From an uncultured Acidobacteriota bacterium (GTDB taxonomy: Bacteria; Acidobacteriota; Blastocatellia; RBC074): DNA of 64,000 nt. The stretch is from contig CAWCKY010000003.1 in NCBI GenBank assembly GCA_963796275.1, positions 736,001 through 800,000 on the forward strand, read 5' to 3'. The notes under the pieces are model-generated. The model was not told the origin of the DNA, ran no database searches, and was given only the letters and a program-made list of their open reading frames with translations. Positions within the stretch are counted from its first letter, which is position 1. Each line of letters starts with the position of its first letter. Made by a program: the position numbers and the translations under genes. Of this stretch, positions 54,908 through 64,000 are shown one piece after another.

Positions 54908-56083
54908 TCAATATTCCGTGAGCTGCCGTTTGTAGCTCTCGAAATTGCGTTTCATCTCGCCCAACGAATCTCCGCCGAACTTCTCTCGCATCGCCCTCGC
55001 CAGGACGATCGCAACCATCGCTTCGCCGATCACCCCTGCTGCCGGTACCGCGGTGACATCCGATCGCTCGAAGTCCGAATCCATCGGCTCTTTCGTCTCG
55101 ATGTTAACGCTACGGAGGCGTTTACGCAAAGTAGCGATCGGTTTCAAATAGCCGCGAACGCGAACTTCTTCTCCATTCGTCATGCCGCCTTCTAGCCCGC
55201 CGGCCTTATTGGATGTCCGTCCGAACGCATGCGAACCGAAATTATAACAGATTTCGTCGTGTACTTGTGATCCGGGCTTCGATGCATTCGCCACTCCCTC
55301 GCCGATCTCGACCGCTTTTACCGCGTGGATGGACATCATGGCCTGAGCAAGTTGACCATCGATCTTGGCCGTCCAGCTGGTGTGCGATCCGAGACCGGGC
55401 AGGGAACCTCTAGCAACTACCTCGAAGATTCCACCCAGAGTGTCGCCCTCCTCCACCCCCGCCTCATCGATTCGCGCGATCATCCGTGCTTCCGCCTCTT
55501 TATCGGTGCATCTAAGTACCGCATCGTCGTAGACCGCTTCTATCTGCTCCCAGCCCGCATTCTGGTTTTCTATGGAGATCCCCCCGAGGTTGATGACGTG
55601 ACTGGCGATTCGCATATCGAATTCGCGCAGCAGCAATTTGGCGAATGCTCCGACCGCGACGCGCATCGTCGTTTCGCGCGCGCTTGCGCGTTCCAGAATG
55701 TCCCGCAGGTCGTGTCTATCGTATTTCAGTCCGCCTACCAGATCGGCGTGTCCGGGTCTCGGGCGGATCACTTTGCGGGCGCGTTCAGGCGGCGTATCCC
55801 TTTTTTCCGCCGCCATCACCTCGAGCCAGTTCGGGAAATCCCTGTTTTCGACCATTATCGCCACGGGTGATCCAAGCGTTTCACCGTGCCGGACACCTGA
55901 AAGGATTTGCATGGAGTCGGACTCGATCTTCATCCGGCCGCCGCGGCCATAACCCTGCTGGCGCCGCCAGAGTTCGTGGTTGATGAAGTCCTGCTCGATG
56001 GCCAATCCGGCGGGCAAACCTTCGATCGTTGCCACCAGAGCGCGACCGTGAGATTCGCCTGCGGTTGTGAATGTGATAGCCAT
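54908..56083 (-). CDS. aroC: Chorismate synthase
   Basis: [31 protein letters not shown] and RSD. Confidence 0.97.
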   Translation of the reverse strand: MAITFTTAGESHGRALVATIEGLPAGLAIEQDFINHELWRRQQGYGRGGRMKIESDSMQILSGVRHGETLGSPVAIMVENRDFPNWLEVMAAEKRDTPPERARKVIRPRPGHADLVGGLKYDRHDLRDILERASARETTMRVAVGAFAKLLLREFDMRIASHVINLGGISIENQNAGWEQIEAVYDDAVLRCTDKEAEARMIARIDEAGVEEGDTLGGIFEVVARGSLPGLGSHTSWTAKIDGQLAQAMMSIHAVKAVEIGEGVANASKPGSQVHDEICYNFGSHAFGRTSNKAGGLEGGMTNGEEVRVRGYLKPIATLRKRLRSVNIETKEPMDSDFERSDVTAVPAAGVIGEAMVAIVLARAMREKFGGDSLGEMKRNFESYKRQLTEY

Positions 56084-56225
56084 GAAGGAATTGTAGGATA
56101 TCCCATGTATTATGGGCAATTAGCTTATGCCTCCAGTTTGTTTGAACTCTTGTTTCTTCACCCCCCCTCCCTGTAAACTTTGCCCTCATTGCTCATTTTC
56201 AACTTCACCCACACTACGGAGAGCT

Positions 56226-57458
56226 ATGGAGAATACGAATAAGATCAGTCGCCGCACCTTTGTCTCGGGGTCTGCCGCCTCGGTCATCATGACTGCAGCC
56301 GGCGCGCAGAATATTCTGGGCGCCAACGAGCGGTTACGAATAGGAGTAATCGGATGCGGCGGGATGGCCAACAATCATATGCAGGCGCTTCTCAAGATGA
56401 AGGAGGATGACAATCTCGAGATTACGGCTGTCTGCGATATCTGGGAGAAACGCCTCGACGCCGCCGCATCTTTGACCGGCGGCCGACCATTCAAAGACTA
56501 TCGCGAACTACTCGATCAAAAAGAGATCGACTATGTTCTGATCGCCACCCCCGAACACTGGCACGCGCGGATGACCCTCGATGCTGCCGATGCTGGGAAG
56601 CACATATACTGCGAAAAACCAATGACTTACTCGATTGACGAGGCGAAGAAGGTGGTCAGGAAAATCGAGCAGTCGAAGGTCAAGATGCAGGTAGGCGTTC
56701 AGGGAATGTCTGACGATTCATATGAGACTGCGGCCACATACGTCAAAGAAGGCGCGCTCGGCAAAGTAGTTCAGGCGCAGATCGATTATTCGCGGAATCA
56801 CCGCGGCGATTTCTGGACCGGGGATATGGACGGAGATCTCAAGCCGGGAGAGAACCTGGACTGGAATGCGTGGCTCGGCCCGGCGCCCAAGCGCCCGTTC
56901 GATCCGGAACGTTTCTTTCACTGGCGGCGCTATTGGGATTACTCGGGCGGCATCGCGACCGATCTCTTCGTCCATCGCATAACGCGAATAATCAAAGCGC
57001 TCAATCTCAATTGTCCAGAGCGTGTAGTCGCCACCGGGGGCAAGTGGGAATTCACCAAGGGGCCAGCGGAAGTTCCCGATACCTTCGATATGATGTGCGA
57101 TTATCCGGGCGGTCCGACAGTCGTAGTCATTTCATCTATGGCGAATGACACGCCGATTCCGCACGTCATCCGCGGGCATCTGGCGACGCTCGAATTCACG
57201 CGCGACGGCTTCGTTATTCGCCCACAGGGATTGTACGCCGAAGGCAAGAGCGAGATCGTTCACAAGAAGACGGGAGGTGAAAACGTCACCTTCCACCATC
57301 GCAACCTGTGCGAGGCAATTCGCAGCGGTGCAGCTCTCAAGTGCGATGCCAAGCTCGGTTATTACGGCGTGGTTGCCGTACGGATGGCGATCGATTCTTA
57401 TCGGAAGAAGAAATATATGGCGTGGGATGAGAGGCGCGAAAAAGCAGTCGAGGCCTGA
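56226..57458 (+). CDS. Tat-exported Gfo/Idh/MocA oxidoreductase
   Basis: SRRTFV Tat motif, [18 protein letters not shown] and DLFVH. Confidence 0.92.
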   Translation: MENTNKISRRTFVSGSAASVIMTAAGAQNILGANERLRIGVIGCGGMANNHMQALLKMKEDDNLEITAVCDIWEKRLDAAASLTGGRPFKDYRELLDQKEIDYVLIATPEHWHARMTLDAADAGKHIYCEKPMTYSIDEAKKVVRKIEQSKVKMQVGVQGMSDDSYETAATYVKEGALGKVVQAQIDYSRNHRGDFWTGDMDGDLKPGENLDWNAWLGPAPKRPFDPERFFHWRRYWDYSGGIATDLFVHRITRIIKALNLNCPERVVATGGKWEFTKGPAEVPDTFDMMCDYPGGPTVVVISSMANDTPIPHVIRGHLATLEFTRDGFVIRPQGLYAEGKSEIVHKKTGGENVTFHHRNLCEAIRSGAALKCDAKLGYYGVVAVRMAIDSYRKKKYMAWDERREKAVEA

Positions 57459-57503
57459 TGCTTCGCGCATCGGATGTCAAGGCGCACCGAAAGACACCGG
57501 CTG

Positions 57504-57610
57504 CATTTATCATTTATCATTTTACATTTTACATTTGTCATTTCACTGCGGTTGTGCGAGTCAGTGACAAATGTAAGATGTAAAATGACAAATGTGAAAT
57601 GATAAATGAT
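57504..57610. repeat. Inverted heptamer arrays (CATTTRW)n ... (AAATGWN)n between convergent genes
   Basis: Left arm 57504-57548, right arm 57562-57610. Confidence 0.85.
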
Positions 57611-57657
57611 CGGGTACGGAGCAGAAATCGCGAGAATTCAGGTACGACAATATCTAC

Positions 57658-58500
57658 CTATCCCCAGATAGTATCGCGTATCACCCACCATAAGATGCGC
57701 GGATTTTTCTGGATCTGAGAGAAAGCGTAGGGCAACCACGAGTGTCCATATGGAATGTACAGCCGCACTCGCACGTCCAGCTCGCGTGCCACCTTCATGG
57801 CAGATTTCAAAGGTAGGCCGAACAGCAGCTCCATCTCACATGGTGTCCCGGAATCACGAAGACGTCGTAGCGCTTCGCGCGCCAGCGGCGGGTCATGCGT
57901 TGCGACTGCAACCTGACGAGCCTTCCCGGCGAGCCGGTCGACGACGGCTAAAAATCCTTCACGCAGGTCTCGTCCCGGGTCATCGGTTTCAACCCACTGG
58001 CCTTTAACGACGCGCACTCTCACGCCGGCATCGATTGCCAGTGACGCATCACGGACGCTCCTTCGCCAGCGACCGGGAAGCGTGCATCCGATACCGGGAT
58101 GATCCCGGGCAGCTTCGGTTATGAGCTCAAATGTGCGATCGGCAACTTCCGGTCCCAAAGAATCGAAGTGAATGCCGGCCCGCATGTTCTTTCCAGCCTC
58201 GATAACTTGAGTTAATAGACCTCGGTCGAAACCAATGGCTGGGGCCTTTATCGAAAGATAACAGTCAAGCTGGTTTGCCTTCAGCGCATTCAGAGCCGCG
58301 ACATATGCGTCGGCGACTTTTTCTTTGGTATCGCCATCGCCATCCCAATATCCGATGGTACTGGCCACCTTCTGCTCAGAAAACCTGTGGCAAGCCCGTA
58401 TTGCATCCGTCAGGTCAGGACCGGCGACATAAGCGCGACTGGCCAATCGGGCAATGGGAAGCGCGGAGGCGCGCATTATTCTCTGCAGATGCCGGTTCAC
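57658..58500 (-). CDS. Proline dehydrogenase-like flavoprotein, divergent
   Basis: AYVAG, LSIK, RVVKG, VATHD and YIPYG..W.PY motifs of the PRODH barrel. Confidence 0.8.
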   Translation of the reverse strand: MNRHLQRIMRASALPIARLASRAYVAGPDLTDAIRACHRFSEQKVASTIGYWDGDGDTKEKVADAYVAALNALKANQLDCYLSIKAPAIGFDRGLLTQVIEAGKNMRAGIHFDSLGPEVADRTFELITEAARDHPGIGCTLPGRWRRSVRDASLAIDAGVRVRVVKGQWVETDDPGRDLREGFLAVVDRLAGKARQVAVATHDPPLAREALRRLRDSGTPCEMELLFGLPLKSAMKVARELDVRVRLYIPYGHSWLPYAFSQIQKNPRILWWVIRDTIWG

Positions 58501-59582
58501 TTTTCACCTCCATTTTTCCTCAGTCTTCTGTTTATTCTCGCCCAAATGGAATTGGTCGCATCGGAAGCCATAACTGCGATGCCGCCAAAACTCAATGGAT
58601 AGCCACGCAGAGCAACGCAGGGGCGTAACAACTCGGTCCATGTGCGCGTCCAAGGTTCGGCTACTCCCAGAAATTCATATGATTTCAAAGCGCGCATAGC
58701 GGCATACCTGACAGAATAGAGCATCAGCAGATTCCCGGGAGAGCATTTTGAGAACTTGTCATCGTGACCTATTTTCAGGAGCCAGAATCGATCATCGCAT
58801 TCGATGGCTATTTGCATCCCCGCGGCCTGTCCGTCAATGCGTAAAAATACCAATCTCAATATTCCACGCGCGCTGGCAGCCAGGGCGTATTGTCGGTAAA
58901 AGGCCCCGCGTACCGGATCGGCCGCCAGAGCAGTACCCTGGGCGCCCTTCCAACTCGCCATCTCGATCTGATAAGCCTCTTCCAGAAGTGGGCCTACCTC
59001 TTCGGGCTTCGGCGACAGTATCTCGTAATTGACCTCTCCCAACTGGGCGGCGTGGCGTTGCGCCCGGCGGAAATCGGAGCGCCGGCCTGAATTGAAACAA
59101 CTTTCGGGTTCAACCCAGCTCGGATTTAGTTCAAGGTAAGGATAAGGATCGACCGGCAGTATGTGTACGATCCCACGTCTTCGGAAAGCGCTCTGAATTG
59201 CTGATATCGCGGGCGAATCTGCCGGCACCCGCCGTAACAAGATGGCGAGTCCCTGTTTCACCAGATTCCCCGCCAGAATATCGAGGGAAGCGCGGTCCGA
59301 ATATAGAAAATCCATCGGCTCATAGAGCTCTTTCACTCCGATCATTTCCAAGCGCGAAAAAAAATGCCTTCGTTTGATGAGCGGAGCGAGCGCGGTCGGC
59401 TGTCCTGCAGATCCGACCATGACGAATTGCGGTTTTCCGGCAGACTGAAATGTCTCGGCACAGGCAAGCGACCAAATGAAATGTTGCATCGGGCTATTCA
59501 TCGTGGTGCCGATGGTATTCCATGTTTGATTCAGTTCTTCGAGCTTGGTGAAAATCCGTATCTCAGTGTTATTACTAACCAT
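58497..59582 (-). CDS. CelD/BcsL-like GNAT acyltransferase
   Basis: SWKGAQG, LRLVFLRIDG, KIGHDDKFSKCSPGNLL and YEFLG. Confidence 0.85.
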   Translation of the reverse strand: MVSNNTEIRIFTKLEELNQTWNTIGTTMNSPMQHFIWSLACAETFQSAGKPQFVMVGSAGQPTALAPLIKRRHFFSRLEMIGVKELYEPMDFLYSDRASLDILAGNLVKQGLAILLRRVPADSPAISAIQSAFRRRGIVHILPVDPYPYLELNPSWVEPESCFNSGRRSDFRRAQRHAAQLGEVNYEILSPKPEEVGPLLEEAYQIEMASWKGAQGTALAADPVRGAFYRQYALAASARGILRLVFLRIDGQAAGMQIAIECDDRFWLLKIGHDDKFSKCSPGNLLMLYSVRYAAMRALKSYEFLGVAEPWTRTWTELLRPCVALRGYPLSFGGIAVMASDATNSIWARINRRLRKNGGEK

Positions 59583-59808
59583 AGTATTCAAGAATAATCA
59601 GTGGCAAAGCCAGATTACCAGAGAAGCGCCGTGCAGGAGAATTGAAACTGCAACTGGTCTTCACTGGACTCGTTAAATCCGGTTTACCGCTGAAGGGATA
59701 ATAACTGCAACCGATTACCCTCTGCTCCTCTCTCTGTGTTAGGACACCGGATTTCAGATAAAACCCGGCCGAGCTGAGAAGGCATTACAGAGATCGAAAG
59801 GGATATAT

Positions 59809-61587
59809 TCAGGATTTTGCCGTAGAACTGGTTACTACCTGATCAGCCGTTCTTTCTGAGGCATTAAGATGTTCTGGCGTATTCGACCAGCTTTTTGCTT
59901 TCCCGAATACCTTCCTCTTGAATAGGCTATAACGGTAGGTAAACCCGGTCTCCTTGACGGCGCCTAGTAGGGAGTGATTATCAGCCGGTACGCAGATGTA
60001 GGCGTACTTTGCGCCTTGTATCTGGGAAGCATCGCTTAAGATCTGGCAAAGCGAATCTCGCGTTAAACCAGCGTCCCGCGAACAGGTGTAGTAATCCGTC
60101 AACACGGCTGATTCGGGTGGTAAATCTGAAAACCATTCATTATCAATAGCAGGGTTGAGATTTTTGGGAATAGTCAGCCAGGCGAATTGCACCAACCTTT
60201 CGCGTTCAACGCGCGTGTATACGTGATGACCGTTCTCGATGTTCTTCATCGCCTGCTTCAAAAATTTATTTACCGGCGGCTGCCATGCTTCCATCGGCCG
60301 GTAAACCATCAGGTCGGGAAGATGGTCTCTGTTCATCGTCCGCGAATCGTATGAACAGGTTGTTTGACCCAGATCGAAAATATATATCAACAACTCCTCG
60401 GTGTGCCAGATGCTCCTTTTTATTATCCGTCCGATCTCCGCGAGCAGGCTGGTGAACTTCAAATGCGATAATTTTTCCCGATGATCCAGAAGCGTCGATT
60501 GCGCATTTCTCGCTTGCGCGGGAAGAATGTTTATTGTTGAAGCGAGGTATTTGATCGATTCGCTGATCTTCCTCCGAATCCTATAACGCAAGGATTGTGC
60601 GCGATTGAAGAATATATTCAACACATAGGCATGGTCGTAATCTGTCGCATATCGATCTTTATACTCGCCGCCTGGCGTCAGGTCGAAAATGGGAATTCCT
60701 TTTTTGGCTAGTTCGACGCCGAGCATCAAAAGATGGAGCGTTCCGGGTGAATATTTTGAATAGAATGGAGAATGCGTGATCAAACCCAGTAGGACTTGAT
60801 CCCGGTTATGCATGTGTATTTGCCCAGACACAAACTTATCGCCGACGCGCAGAACGGTGACGTTGAGAATGCCGGGCAATCTCAAGAGATTTGTCAAGAA
60901 CGTCTTTTTAAGCTGGTCGTGTTCGTTCTCGGTTATTTTATAGATCGCGCGCAGTCGAAAATTCTGGCAACAGATTATCTCATCTACGATCTCCTGAAAC
61001 TCCTCGGGGTCCTCGATCCGGTCGAACCGGAGCTCGCCCGTTCGTTTGAGCCGGTTGATCTTATTCTGATTCCTCTTTCTTAAGGAGTCTTTGAAAATGC
61101 TGCCGTCGCCGACCGCCATCAGACCGCGCGGGATCGTTCTCAGATGGCAGTTCCCGCTAAAGCGATTGCCAGGATTGGTCCATTCAACCGGCAAAGCTGG
61201 GTGGGCGAATAATAACGTGAGTTTTTGATTGGGGAACTTCTCGCGGAGCTTCTCGATAGCTGTTTCTATGAATTCATTGCCGTACTGGGGATCGGCCAGC
61301 CACCCCCCATACTCGGTATAGCGGTCGCCAGCCACTACCAGTTCACCGGAATCTTGGCGAGTAGCCAGGGTGAAGAGCCCTGCTATCTCAAAATGTTCGT
61401 GCTTACCAGTGACGATGACCGGTGTATATTGATTCCGGTAAGTGGAATACCATGTCGTAACGAAATCCAGTTCCTGAAATACCGACGCCCATGGGCATGC
61501 CTCAGCTAACCTTCTCCAACTTTCGCAGAATTCTATATTATCTAATAGTTTTTCTGCCTCTGTACCTATAAAAACATCAACCTTCAT
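59809..61587 (-). CDS. CelD/BcsL-like GNAT with a second C-terminal GNAT-like domain
   Basis: SVFQ..DF..TW, KYSPGTLHL and FDLTPGGEYK; C-terminal YICVPADNHSLLGAVKETGF. Confidence 0.8.
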   Translation of the reverse strand: MKVDVFIGTEAEKLLDNIEFCESWRRLAEACPWASVFQELDFVTTWYSTYRNQYTPVIVTGKHEHFEIAGLFTLATRQDSGELVVAGDRYTEYGGWLADPQYGNEFIETAIEKLREKFPNQKLTLLFAHPALPVEWTNPGNRFSGNCHLRTIPRGLMAVGDGSIFKDSLRKRNQNKINRLKRTGELRFDRIEDPEEFQEIVDEIICCQNFRLRAIYKITENEHDQLKKTFLTNLLRLPGILNVTVLRVGDKFVSGQIHMHNRDQVLLGLITHSPFYSKYSPGTLHLLMLGVELAKKGIPIFDLTPGGEYKDRYATDYDHAYVLNIFFNRAQSLRYRIRRKISESIKYLASTINILPAQARNAQSTLLDHREKLSHLKFTSLLAEIGRIIKRSIWHTEELLIYIFDLGQTTCSYDSRTMNRDHLPDLMVYRPMEAWQPPVNKFLKQAMKNIENGHHVYTRVERERLVQFAWLTIPKNLNPAIDNEWFSDLPPESAVLTDYYTCSRDAGLTRDSLCQILSDASQIQGAKYAYICVPADNHSLLGAVKETGFTYRYSLFKRKVFGKAKSWSNTPEHLNASERTADQVVTSSTAKS

Positions 61588-61881
61588 ACACAACCTAGTA
61601 CCTCAAGTGAGTGATAAGTAACAAACAGTACTTATACCTGGTTATTACTACAGTGTCGAAGGATATTCAAACTAACAATCTAAAGCTTTAGTAACTAAGG
61701 TTTAGTTATTAATTGTATAGACACAAGAGAACACCGCCAGACGTTGCCAGACTCACACTACATTTACTAATATAACCATCAGTTTCACGCTGTATTGAGA
61801 GCTTGTCGTGAGGCTGTGTACCCCAATCAAAGCTTATTATAGATGCCTTAGATTAGTCAATAGTGTTATTATACTTTTGTT

Positions 61882-62325
61882 ATGGGAAGCTCTGGTTCAT
61901 CGCGACGAATCTGCTTGCTCTATGGGCTGGCGATGCTGATATCACTGATAGGGCTCGGCGATGCCGTTTATCTGACCGTGCATCACTTGACTGGTCAAAG
62001 CGTCAGATGCGCGGTTTCAAGCGGCTGTTCGGCAGTACTTGGTAGCGCCTACGCTAACTTGGCCGGCATTCCCGTCGCGGCTATCGGAGCGGCGGCTTAT
62101 TTCCTGGCCTTCAGTCTTGCGACACTGGCGGCGTTCGGTTACTCCCAGGCGCGGAATTGGTTTGCCCTGGTCATCATTCCGATGCTGATATCGACTCTCT
62201 GGTTGCTTTATCTTCAGGCGTTCGTGCTGCGGGCCTACTGCGACTTCTGCCTTGTATCTGCGGGGATGACGATCTTGCTTACGACTCTGGTTGCGGCCGA
62301 CCGGTTAACCAGCCGGCGCGGATGA
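61882..62325 (+). CDS. Vitamin K epoxide reductase (VKOR) family protein
   Basis: Loop cysteines CAVSSGC, GIPVA and CDFC active site within TMs. Confidence 0.9.
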   Translation: MGSSGSSRRICLLYGLAMLISLIGLGDAVYLTVHHLTGQSVRCAVSSGCSAVLGSAYANLAGIPVAAIGAAAYFLAFSLATLAAFGYSQARNWFALVIIPMLISTLWLLYLQAFVLRAYCDFCLVSAGMTILLTTLVAADRLTSRRG

Positions 62326-62454
62326 GCGGTCACAAAAAATTGCGATCGGACATCAAGATAAACGAAAGCGAGGCGTTTTCGAGAAACGCCGGAGTCTTAT
62401 CATATGTCTTATCGTAATTTTGTGATGAAAAGTTGATTCTGGATTGGGCTTCGA

Positions 62455-63099
62455 TCACCCCCCATTCAACCTGCTCCTGATCTCGTTTCTCAAATTATCG
62501 AGTGTAAGAGATTTGAATGGTATCTCGCGACCGTCGATGAACACAGTCGGCGTGCTGTTGACGCCGAGAGTCTGGCCGCGCTGTAAATCTGAGTTGATGA
62601 TCGCGTATGTCCGGGGGTTGGCGGCATCGTTCATAAAACGGGAAACATCGATCCCCAGCTGCCTGGCATAACTGAGAAAGAAAGGTTGCACGTCCACGGC
62701 GCTGCTCCATGCCAGTTGATTTTTATAGATCAGATCGTGCATCTCCCAGAACCGCCCCTGAAAACCGGCAGCCACTGCCGCCTGTGCCGCGGGGTAAGCG
62801 TGCTGGTGGATTTGCTGAAGCGGAAAATGATGGAAGACGAACTTAATGCGATCCCCGAATTCTTCTTTTATCGTTTTCAGTGTCGGATGGAGATTTCCGC
62901 ATGGCGGGCACTGATAGTCTCCAAACTCCTCCAACGTTATCGTACCCGGTGGCTTGCCCGGATCGGCGGGCGTAGTTCCTGGCGTCGGCGGCGGAGTCGC
63001 GGAGGTTTGGGGAGCACTCGATTGATACATTACAGCGCCGACGACGAGCGCCATAATTAGAGCTGCGGCAATTATCGCAAATGGTAGATAGCGTTTCAT
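62455..63099 (-). CDS. DsbA family thioredoxin-fold protein
   Basis: N-terminal anchor, DYQCPPC, HHFPL and GVNSTPT. Confidence 0.92.
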   Translation of the reverse strand: MKRYLPFAIIAAALIMALVVGAVMYQSSAPQTSATPPPTPGTTPADPGKPPGTITLEEFGDYQCPPCGNLHPTLKTIKEEFGDRIKFVFHHFPLQQIHQHAYPAAQAAVAAGFQGRFWEMHDLIYKNQLAWSSAVDVQPFFLSYARQLGIDVSRFMNDAANPRTYAIINSDLQRGQTLGVNSTPTVFIDGREIPFKSLTLDNLRNEIRSRLNGG

Positions 63100-63309
63100 A
63101 TAAAAAAACTTTACAACACCGACTGGTGACAGGGCAATTCATAATTATCTTGTTTCTCATATCTGCTTGCTGTAGGCTTCCGCGATATCGAAAGATGGGT
63201 TTTGAGGCAAAGGCGCAACGTAAAAAAAGCGAACACTAGGCTGCCTTGTGACAAAACTAAGCTAAATTCCCCCCAGCGACTATTTTCGTAAGAAAGGAAT
63301 TGATTCAAG

Positions 63310-64000
63310 GTGGGAGAACAAGGTCTATATCTGGTGACCGGCGGCGCCGGTTTTATCGGTTCGCACATTGTCGAGGCTCTGGTGAGACGGGGCGAGCGCG
63401 TTCGCGTGCTGGACAGTCTGATCACAGGCAAACAAGTCAATCTCGCACACTTTGCTTCCAGGATCGAATTTATCGAGGGAGACATCCGGGACATAGAAAC
63501 TACCAGGCGCGCAATGAAGGATGTCGGCATCGTCTTTCATGAAGCCGCGATCCCGTCTGTTCCCCGGTCCGTCCAAGATCCTCTGCTGAACCATGAATCC
63601 AATGTCAATGGGACATTCAATGTCCTGCTGGCGGCGCGTGATGCCGGTGTGCGCCGGCTTGTTTATGCCGCCTCGAGCTCCGCTTATGGCGAAAAGGGCA
63701 CCGGGGCGAAGGTTGAAGATCAGCTCCCTGACCCCCTCTCTCCCTATGCCGTCGCCAAACTGGTCGGCGAATATTATTGTCAGGTCTTCACACACGTCTA
63801 TGGTCTGGAGACGGTCGCGTTGCGGTACTTCAACGTCTTCGGCCCGAGGCAGGACCCATCTTCGCCCTATTCGGGCGTGATCTCGAAGTTCATCACCTCA
63901 CTGCTCGGCGGCGAACCGCCTGTCGTTTTCGGTGACGGAGAGCAATCACGAGATTTCACTTACGTAGCAAACGTCGTCGAGGCAAATCTGCGCGCGGCTG
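63310..64000 (+). CDS. NAD-dependent nucleotide-sugar epimerase/dehydratase, 3' end outside the window
   Basis: Manual translation from GTG: YLVTGGAGFIGSH, HEAAIPSVPRS, ASSSAYG, YAVAK, LRYFNVFGPRQ and RDFTYV. Confidence 0.92.
   Translation, partial: MGEQGLYLVTGGAGFIGSHIVEALVRRGERVRVLDSLITGKQVNLAHFASRIEFIEGDIRDIETTRRAMKDVGIVFHEAAIPSVPRSVQDPLLNHESNVNGTFNVLLAARDAGVRRLVYAASSSAYGEKGTGAKVEDQLPDPLSPYAVAKLVGEYYCQVFTHVYGLETVALRYFNVFGPRQDPSSPYSGVISKFITSLLGGEPPVVFGDGEQSRDFTYVANVVEANLRAA

Noticed and set aside
59675-59754. 9-bp inverted repeat AAATCCGGT/ACCGGATTT with an inner stem between the GNAT genes
   Set aside because: Too short and irregular to separate from chance without homologs

Overview
A 64-kb chromosomal stretch from what looks like an Acidobacteriota genome. 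Blastocatellia-like is my inference from the PadR/ADOP permease pairs, a quinoprotein fragment and the style of short palindromic repeats. Most of it is housekeeping: rnr, coaD, rsmD, galE, recJ, acyP, apt, rsmB, fmt, ssb, def, aroC and two tRNAs. It also holds a MacAB-type exporter, a cytochrome c (DUF1549/DUF1553) plus DUF1501 pair and a pilN/O/P-like module. An accessory region follows tRNA-Pro (~22.6-39 kb) and contains several gene remnants. The best candidate for a new system lies there: a phosphorylation-type ECF sigma factor and a membrane Ser/Thr kinase whose external domain is a lytic transglycosylase. These two are divergent from a secreted polysaccharide deacetylase and a stand-alone paralog of the same transglycosylase domain, and those two genes share an upstream motif. 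Other highlights are an unannotated ~187-nt four-way-junction RNA candidate with GGA-rich loops, a proline-dehydrogenase-like enzyme lacking the proline-binding arginines next to CelD/BcsL GNATs, nested MITE/REP-like elements and a palindrome inserted in frame in rsmB. No CRISPR array, rRNA or intact integrase/transposase was seen. All family assignments come from motif recognition by eye, not from database searches.
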